A stretch of DNA of 64,000 nucleotides. Source: Gammaproteobacteria bacterium (lineage in GTDB: Bacteria > Pseudomonadota > Gammaproteobacteria > G965209235). The position numbers and the translations under genes are program-made. Of the stretch, positions 58,054-64,000 are shown in pieces; the first letter of the stretch is position 1, and each line of letters begins with the position of its first letter. Under the pieces are notes generated by a model, which had not been told where the DNA came from, ran no database searches, and saw only the letters and a list, made by a program, of their open reading frames with translations. The DNA lies in assembly GCA_965209235.1 (NCBI GenBank), contig OZ242382.1, positions 10,613 through 74,612 of the forward strand, given 5' to 3'.

Positions 58054-58568
58054 AGCGCTATACCTCTGCCTTACTGATCGCAATGAGTGTCGCGACAACA
58101 TCGTGCGCACTCTCCCCATCTCACCCATCTGTGGATACGGAATTTCGCACCAGCGTCGGCTTTGAGCTTCATGAATCATGGGCGGGCACGTCGGCTGGCA
58201 AGGGCATCACAAGTATCTTGGGCAACGTCCGCGAAGCCGCGCCGGGGCACCTCACGATTCGCATCTTGCCGAAACCAAGTGTCGAAGAGGCCAACCCTCA
58301 CATTCTTGACTCCTTCAACGTTGCGATTGAATTCCGAGCGACTGTTGCCCTGCACTTTGAGCTTGTCAGCGCCGAAGGCGAGGTTATTCTGGCGGACACG
58401 GCCACCGCCGTGACTTCATCCTACGAGCCTCATACCAGACCACTCGCCGACCTCGAACAGCGGTCGTGGCTGAGACAAAGAGCCGCCACTCGCGCAGCTC
58501 GGCGAATACTCGGGGAAGCGTATCGGTTGTACCTCATCGAGACAAAACCCCCCAACTCTCAGTCGTGA
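58050..58568 (+). CDS. lptE: LPS assembly lipoprotein LptE (divergent)
   Basis: Lipoprotein-like signal ending TSC; GTGA-coupled between leuS and holA. Confidence 0.6.
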   Translation: MKRYTSALLIAMSVATTSCALSPSHPSVDTEFRTSVGFELHESWAGTSAGKGITSILGNVREAAPGHLTIRILPKPSVEEANPHILDSFNVAIEFRATVALHFELVSAEGEVILADTATAVTSSYEPHTRPLADLEQRSWLRQRAATRAARRILGEAYRLYLIETKPPNSQS

Positions 58569-59542
58569 TCAAACAGCTAAGCGACTGGAAATTAGCTCTT
58601 ACATCCGAGCGTGCGCCGGCGCCAGCGCTGGTTCTTGTCTCTGACACTCCGGAAATAATCTCCCTTTTGTGGAGAGAGGCACGGCATCAATGGTTGCCTG
58701 CTGCCGGTCAGGAAACCTTTTTGGCGACAACCGTATCGGTGTGGGACGATGTGTTAAACGGACTGCAAACAGCATCCATGTTCGGCGACCAACAAGTGAT
58801 GTACGTCCGGATGCCTGCCCAAGGCGCGATACCCCCATCGGTCGTCGCGGCCATCAATAAGGCGGTGCATGCCGCAACTCCCGAGCGGTCACTTTGCATC
58901 GCTGTCGACACAGCTTCATACCCTCTTCCCGCATGGGTCAAGCGTCTCACCGGAGATGCATTCGCGCTGCAGGAAAACAAGCCACCCTTTTGGAAACCAC
59001 AAGACGTCATCGGCTGGGCGAAAAGACGGGCCGCAATGATGAAGAGTCCGCCAGATGATCATCGGATCGCCAAGCTTGTTCAGGAATCGGAACACGATAT
59101 CGAGACGATCGACCAAACTCTCCTGCGTGCGGAGTTTGGTGCCGAAGAACTCTCCCCTCAGTCCTCCCAAGGGGATGAGCGGATTTTCGGCCTCATCAAC
59201 AGCGTACTCACAGGGAATCAAAGCGACGTCGGCCGCGATCTGCTGAATTGTGTGAATGAGAACACCTTGCACCTGCTGTACTCTCAGGTGGCCGGCATTC
59301 TCGCAGAAGCGCAGGGACTATCTCCACCTTCACCGCGGGGGCAGCGTACCGCAATGTCCCGCAGGCTGACGAGCTCCGTGCCCGTCAGCACCGTTCGTCG
59401 CTGGACGGTCGAGCTGGCACGCATCGAGCGCGCGTCCAAACTGAGTGATGTCCGGCGAGCGCCAGATGTCACTGCAACGATGCGTCTCCTTGGCGAGATG
59501 GCCGGCGCTTGCTCGACAACGCCGTCGTCAGCAACTCGGTAA
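58565..59542 (+). CDS. holA: DNA polymerase III delta subunit (divergent)
   Basis: W........SMFG motif, IF.L...L.G, L..IE...K; canonical leuS-lptE-holA order. Start GTG 58565. Confidence 0.72.
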   Translation: MIKQLSDWKLALTSERAPAPALVLVSDTPEIISLLWREARHQWLPAAGQETFLATTVSVWDDVLNGLQTASMFGDQQVMYVRMPAQGAIPPSVVAAINKAVHAATPERSLCIAVDTASYPLPAWVKRLTGDAFALQENKPPFWKPQDVIGWAKRRAAMMKSPPDDHRIAKLVQESEHDIETIDQTLLRAEFGAEELSPQSSQGDERIFGLINSVLTGNQSDVGRDLLNCVNENTLHLLYSQVAGILAEAQGLSPPSPRGQRTAMSRRLTSSVPVSTVRRWTVELARIERASKLSDVRRAPDVTATMRLLGEMAGACSTTPSSATR

Positions 59543-60317
59543 TCGGCCCGGGAGCTTTATCCAACAGCGTCGCATCTACAGAGGCCACCGGCCGCACTCC
59601 TTTGAGAGCTGCGGTGAGCCACATTTCATCAAACTGCGCCACATCATCCGCAAAGATCTCAGTCTCCTTGACGGTGACTCCGAGACTGCGAAGCGCATCA
59701 ATCGTGAGGTGACGGGTACAGCCAGGAAGAAGCTGCTGTGTCAGCGGAGGTGTCAGCACGACACCGTCTTTCGCAGCGAAAATATTTGCGCTGCTGGCTT
59801 CATTAATCGAGCCGTCTGCGTTCACCCAAAGCCAGTCGTCGTAAGGTCCCAACGATGCTTGAACAAGAACAGATGCCGTGAGCCCCACGGACTTAATATC
59901 CCGGCGCCCCCAACGAATGTCGGGATGCACCGTTAAGTGAGCTGGCGGCAAGGCCGAATAATCACACTGAACGGCCATCGCAAAGCAGGTCGGCTCCATC
60001 GGTGCGGTCCATGACAGCGAGCGTCGATCGGAAGCTCCCCGTGAGATCTGCAGGTAGACCCCCCCATCTGGTGTCGGAATTTGAGGCGCAAGACGCTCCA
60101 CAACACCCGCGAAGCGATCACAGACCGCGGGATCAAGCCTGAGTGCTTCAGCGCTCTTGCGGAAACGCGAAAGATGTCGCGCCAACTCGAAGGGCTGGCC
60201 ATCAACCACACCAACGACTTCATAGATCGCATCTGCAAACAGAAATCCGCGGTCTAAAACACTGATACTGAGATCTGCTGCGTCCGCGTACTTCCCGTTG
60301 AGCCACGCCGCACTCAC
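59469..60317 (-). CDS. dat: Class IV PLP aminotransferase (D-amino acid aminotransferase-like)
   Basis: DRGFLFAD.IYEV, VYLQ.SRG, RW.R.DIKS, E.SSAN.F, LPG.TR; follows dacA. Confidence 0.85.
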   Translation of the reverse strand: MSAAWLNGKYADAADLSISVLDRGFLFADAIYEVVGVVDGQPFELARHLSRFRKSAEALRLDPAVCDRFAGVVERLAPQIPTPDGGVYLQISRGASDRRSLSWTAPMEPTCFAMAVQCDYSALPPAHLTVHPDIRWGRRDIKSVGLTASVLVQASLGPYDDWLWVNADGSINEASSANIFAAKDGVVLTPPLTQQLLPGCTRHLTIDALRSLGVTVKETEIFADDVAQFDEMWLTAALKGVRPVASVDATLLDKAPGPITELLTTALSSKRRPSRQGDASLQ

Positions 60318-61513
60318 GGCACGAGTTCCCGTTTCTCCAGCATTTCATGTTCAAGATCAAACCATTGCCGAAACTGCAAACTCGTGCTGGCCATCAACGT
60401 TGAAATGAACCCGCCATCGGCCACAGATCGATCTGCCAGCAATGATCCGACAAACCGAGACTGGCCTTCCACAAACACCTCAACCTCACCGAGCGGAGCA
60501 CCTGCTTCCACGGGAGCCACCAACGCGGTCGGTAACCTGATTGCATACTCAACGTCCTTCCGTTGACCTCGTTCCAGAAGCAACCTCACATCCTCACTCA
60601 CGCCAACCGGCAGAAACACTTCGCTGTCCCCGGCACCGAGAACTTTCACACTCCGTGAAAAATCGTCGGCGCTCACGATCACGCTACTGTCAAAGAATCG
60701 GAAGCCGTACTCCAACAATTGCCGCGCAGCCTCATCTCTTGATGCTGGCGTCTCTGCACCAAAGACCACGGCAATCAACCTCATGTCCCCGCGCGCAGCG
60801 GATGCGGCAAGGCAGTACTTCGCAGATTCAGTGTGCCCGGTTTTAATGCCGTCCACCGAGTCATCAATACTCAACAAGCGATTGCGATTGAACTGACGAA
60901 CATTGTTAAAGGTGAATTCGCGGATTTTGTGAAGCGCGTAAACATCAGGAGTCTCATAGATCAGCATCCGGGATAGATGCGCAACATCACGTGCCGACAT
61001 GACATGTTTGAGGTCCTGGTCTTCCGGAGGTAACCCGGTCGCAGTCACAAAATGCGACGACCGCAATCCGACCTCTTCCGCATAGTGATTCATAAACTGC
61101 GCGAAACCTTCCTCGCTGCCAGCAATATGTTCCGCCAATGTAATACTGGCATCGTTTCCTGATTGAATCACCAATCCGCGCATGAGATCATTGACCGACA
61201 CGCGCTGGTTGAGGTTGAGGTAAGACGTTGATCCTGTTTTGCGATACGCCGCTTTGCTCACCGGAACTTGGTCATCCCAGCTGATCTGGCCATCTTTGAG
61301 CAAGCGACCAGCCACATACGCTGTCATGATTTTTGTCATGCTCGCAGGTTCGTACGGCACCTCAGCGTCCTTAGACGCGATGACCGATCCTGTGGCCGCA
61401 TCCATCAGGTAATAACTTTTGACATCAAGCCGCGGAGCCGGCGGCGCAAGTGCCCATGCCAATACCGGAACGTAGCAGAGCGCCCCTGCTAAAACGTAGC
61501 CCAACCTATTCAC
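60314..61513 (-). CDS. dacA: D-alanyl-D-alanine carboxypeptidase (PBP5/6)
   Basis: PASMTK, QSGND, KTGHT. Likely start GTG 61513. Confidence 0.93.
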   Translation of the reverse strand: MNRLGYVLAGALCYVPVLAWALAPPAPRLDVKSYYLMDAATGSVIASKDAEVPYEPASMTKIMTAYVAGRLLKDGQISWDDQVPVSKAAYRKTGSTSYLNLNQRVSVNDLMRGLVIQSGNDASITLAEHIAGSEEGFAQFMNHYAEEVGLRSSHFVTATGLPPEDQDLKHVMSARDVAHLSRMLIYETPDVYALHKIREFTFNNVRQFNRNRLLSIDDSVDGIKTGHTESAKYCLAASAARGDMRLIAVVFGAETPASRDEAARQLLEYGFRFFDSSVIVSADDFSRSVKVLGAGDSEVFLPVGVSEDVRLLLERGQRKDVEYAIRLPTALVAPVEAGAPLGEVEVFVEGQSRFVGSLLADRSVADGGFISTLMASTSLQFRQWFDLEHEMLEKRELVP

Positions 61514-62510
61514 TCTCTGATGTCTCCATAGTGACCGCACGCGAAAGCTCGATGACGGCTCGAACGTACAAACGACTATTGTTGTAGCGCGCTAGAGCGC
61601 GGTAATTCGACAAGCCCAAAAACAACTCAACACCTTCATCGCCGACATACATCAACGGTGTCACACTTTCTCCACTTGGGATTTGCGAGGGATCTTTGGG
61701 CTCAATACCAAATTGCGCCGCTTTTTCGAGCGTTACGCTGCGCTTCAAGCGGTTGTACCGATGCACGGGCTTGGACTCCACCATGAAATCACCGCCGCGG
61801 ACCCATCCATTGCCTGCAAGATACGCCGCAATGCTTCCGATAGCATCCGTCGCATTGCCAAACAGATCTCGTTGCCCGTCGCCATCAAAGTCGATGGCAT
61901 AAGCCCGGTAGCTTGATGCAATGAATTGGCCATATCCCATGGCGCTCCCGTAACTGCCTTTCACCTCAAGAGGATCAAACCCCTCCTCGTCACATAAGAG
62001 CAAGAAATGGACCAATTCGCTACGAAAGAATGTTGCGCGGCGCGGGTAGTGGAAACTCAACGTCAGCAACACGTCAATCATGCGGTCACCACCGATGTTC
62101 GTGCCGTAGCTACTTTCGATTCCCAAGATGGCAGCGACGATACCTTCGGGCACTCCGTACACCTCTTCCGCACGCTCAAACGCTTCGCGGTGCTCTTCCA
62201 GAAAAGCCTTGCCGCGCCGCACCCGGCGGTCACTAATAAGATGCCCACGGTAGCGAGGCCACAGCCACACAGACTCCGGTTGGCGATTCATCAACTCAAC
62301 GACGCGAGGGAGAAACGCGGCCTGCTGTAAGACAGACGTCGCCCACGCGATATCGATACCCGCCTCTGCAACGTCTTGTTTCAGAAAGCTCTGAACATCA
62401 TCAGCCACCTCATCAGATGTCTGTGCCCATGCCGTGGATGCCAAAAAAACGACACCCAGCGAAAGCCAAGTACTCAGCGGTCGCCCGACCATGCTACGTT
62501 CAACCGCCAA
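61506..62510 (-). CDS. mltB: Lytic murein transglycosylase B
   Basis: GIESSYG (catalytic Glu), GSYGSAMGYGQF..SSY, DFDGDG..DL, YN.S.LY. Confidence 0.92.
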   Translation of the reverse strand: MAVERSMVGRPLSTWLSLGVVFLASTAWAQTSDEVADDVQSFLKQDVAEAGIDIAWATSVLQQAAFLPRVVELMNRQPESVWLWPRYRGHLISDRRVRRGKAFLEEHREAFERAEEVYGVPEGIVAAILGIESSYGTNIGGDRMIDVLLTLSFHYPRRATFFRSELVHFLLLCDEEGFDPLEVKGSYGSAMGYGQFIASSYRAYAIDFDGDGQRDLFGNATDAIGSIAAYLAGNGWVRGGDFMVESKPVHRYNRLKRSVTLEKAAQFGIEPKDPSQIPSGESVTPLMYVGDEGVELFLGLSNYRALARYNNSRLYVRAVIELSRAVTMETSESE

Positions 62511-62557
62511 CAGCTAGGGAATTGTAAAAAGAGGCGCGGCGTGAGAGAGGATGTGAC

Positions 62558-62941
62558 CTAAGCGGCAGCGGCTCCATCGCCTTTATCGCCGCCTTCATCG
62601 TCATCAATGTCTACATCCCAAATGCCTTCGATGTCGTAATACTCACGCGCTGGCCATGTCAGCAAGTGAAGCCAGATGTCCCCAAAAGCCAGCATGATCC
62701 ACTGAGACTGCGCTGTGCCTTCCACTGAGGGTCGGCCCTCGGGCCAATCACGACGTTTCAGATGCTCGCTCATGGCGTTGAGATGCCGCTCTGATCGCGC
62801 GCCTGCCACGATCATGCGTGCGACCACGTCCAGACGCCCTTCAACGTCGATCACGATAGGCTCCATCGCGTGCGCATCTTCCAGCGCTTCCAAGATACTC
62901 TGGACGTTCGCCTCAGTATCGTTTAGTTCAACCATTCGCAC
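62558..62941 (-). CDS. rsfS: Ribosome silencing factor RsfS
   Basis: ALED..A..., S.RH, EG.....W....GD...H......R.YY.IE.IW. Confidence 0.9.
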   Translation of the reverse strand: MRMVELNDTEANVQSILEALEDAHAMEPIVIDVEGRLDVVARMIVAGARSERHLNAMSEHLKRRDWPEGRPSVEGTAQSQWIMLAFGDIWLHLLTWPAREYYDIEGIWDVDIDDDEGGDKGDGAAAA

Positions 62942-63507
62942 AGATACCTCGCTGCCTCGCGTACCATCATAAGAGACAAGGCGTCTTGACGCTCAGCAAA
63001 GCGCCGCCCAAGTGCCTCACGAACCTGGGTCGAAGAAACAGGCACTGGTTCCATCGCCAAGACTTCCGTCCTTGAATTGCCACAAGCCCTGACCCCATCG
63101 CGATCTACAACCAGCAAGCTGACGCGCTGCTGCCACTCCTTCGCGCGATGCCAAGTGGACATATTCTGCAAGGAATCAGCACCCAAAACGAGCATGAGAC
63201 GATGTCGGGGAAACCTCTGGGACATCGCCACTACCGTATCCATCATGTACGACGCAGTCTGGCGATCCATCTCAATCGGAGACAACTGCACAGATGGCAC
63301 ACCAGCAAACGTCAGCTGGCAGAGATTCCAGCGCTGGGACGATGGCAGGATATGTGAGGATTTTTGTGGCTGTTGACCCGCAGGCACCACGATCAGGTGA
63401 TCATCGTGTTCCAGGCGTTTGGACACCGCAGTCGCCACGGCTCGGTGCCCGAGATGACAAGGATCAAAACTTCCGCCGTACAAGTACACGGTTGGGCGTT
63501 TTGCCAC
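62923..63507 (-). CDS. nadD: Nicotinate-nucleotide adenylyltransferase
   Basis: GGSFDP.H.GH, SY..DT, GAD.......W, VSST.VR. Confidence 0.92.
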   Translation of the reverse strand: MAKRPTVYLYGGSFDPCHLGHRAVATAVSKRLEHDDHLIVVPAGQQPQKSSHILPSSQRWNLCQLTFAGVPSVQLSPIEMDRQTASYMMDTVVAMSQRFPRHRLMLVLGADSLQNMSTWHRAKEWQQRVSLLVVDRDGVRACGNSRTEVLAMEPVPVSSTQVREALGRRFAERQDALSLMMVREAARYLCEWLN

Positions 63508-63561
63508 GGGCCATCATTCAAGGGGAAATATGAGATACTCTACGATATCAACGAGGCAACT

Positions 63562-64000
63562 CTGATCGACTTCTCGACCCTGTCTGGAACGGCGTTAGCG
63601 TGCGCCATCTTGGTGCTCGCCTTTGTTGAGTCCGCGCCCATCGTTGGCATCATCATTCCTGGTGTTGTCCTTCTGTGGGGTGCAGCGGCGGCAGCGGCAG
63701 CGGCAGGCGTCCCATTGGGAGTAGTACTTGCCGCCGCAGCCGTGGGCGGAATCTGTGGGGACTTGCTTGGATTTGCCGTCGGAAAACGGTACGGCCAAGA
63801 TGCCGTCATTAAGTATTTGGCATGGCTCTCAAAAAAGGGTATCCAGCCTCGGTTTACCTCTCACACCGTCATCTCTCGCTATGCCCTCCCGGTGTTGATC
63901 TTCAGCCGGTTTCTCGGACCCACGAGACCTGTCACGCCGCTGATCGCAGGAAGCTTCGGCATCCCAGTCCGCACCATCGTCATTGCGCTTGTCATCAGCG
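63562..64000 (+). CDS. DedA-family membrane protein, 3'-partial
   Basis: Frame reads IDFSTL...LAFVESAPIVGIIIPG...GDLLGFAVG...SRFLGPTRPVTPLIAG and runs off the window. Start uncertain: CTG 63562 after GAGG, or ATG 63454 overlapping nadD. Confidence 0.85.
   Translation, partial: MIDFSTLSGTALACAILVLAFVESAPIVGIIIPGVVLLWGAAAAAAAAGVPLGVVLAAAAVGGICGDLLGFAVGKRYGQDAVIKYLAWLSKKGIQPRFTSHTVISRYALPVLIFSRFLGPTRPVTPLIAGSFGIPVRTIVIALVIS

Noticed and set aside
63682-63705. GCA/GCG tandem repeat
   Set aside because: In-frame 8-Ala run within DedA; not a frameshifting phase-variation tract.

Overview
A gene-dense, roughly 55-60% GC (by eye) chromosomal core region of a gammaproteobacterium with Pseudomonadales/Cellvibrionales-like gene order. 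Blocks present: leuS-lptE-holA convergent on nadD-rsfS-mltB-dacA; rplM-rpsI-petABC-sspA; lpoA; rnpB-mraZ-dcw; rpsF-rpsR-membrane protein-rplI-dnaB; etfAB/ETF-QO. I saw no CRISPR array, tRNA, rRNA, prophage or transposase; the only clear RNA gene is RNase P (rnpB). The main signal is a remodelled cell-division and cell-wall system. The Mur/MraY/MurG/Ddl enzymes keep their catalytic motifs, but the ftsA and ftsZ slots hold short, intact, tightly spaced ORFs. By manual alignment these look like an FtsA without ATP-binding loops or membrane helix, and an FtsZ without the GGGTGTG tubulin signature or C-terminal domain. FtsI starts with a signal-peptide-like N-terminus and has SSQ for SxN. mrdA/rodA/rlpA, rsmH, rsmI and rlmH are missing from their usual loci. 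Secondary signals: tandem lipoprotein-subtilase-beta-barrel paralogs, an AddB lacking its Fe-S cysteines, an NDH-2/cNMP fusion plus malic enzyme inserted between pncC and recA, and probable CTG start codons. All homology calls come from reading motifs by eye against recalled reference sequences; no searches were run, and genes absent here could lie elsewhere in the genome.
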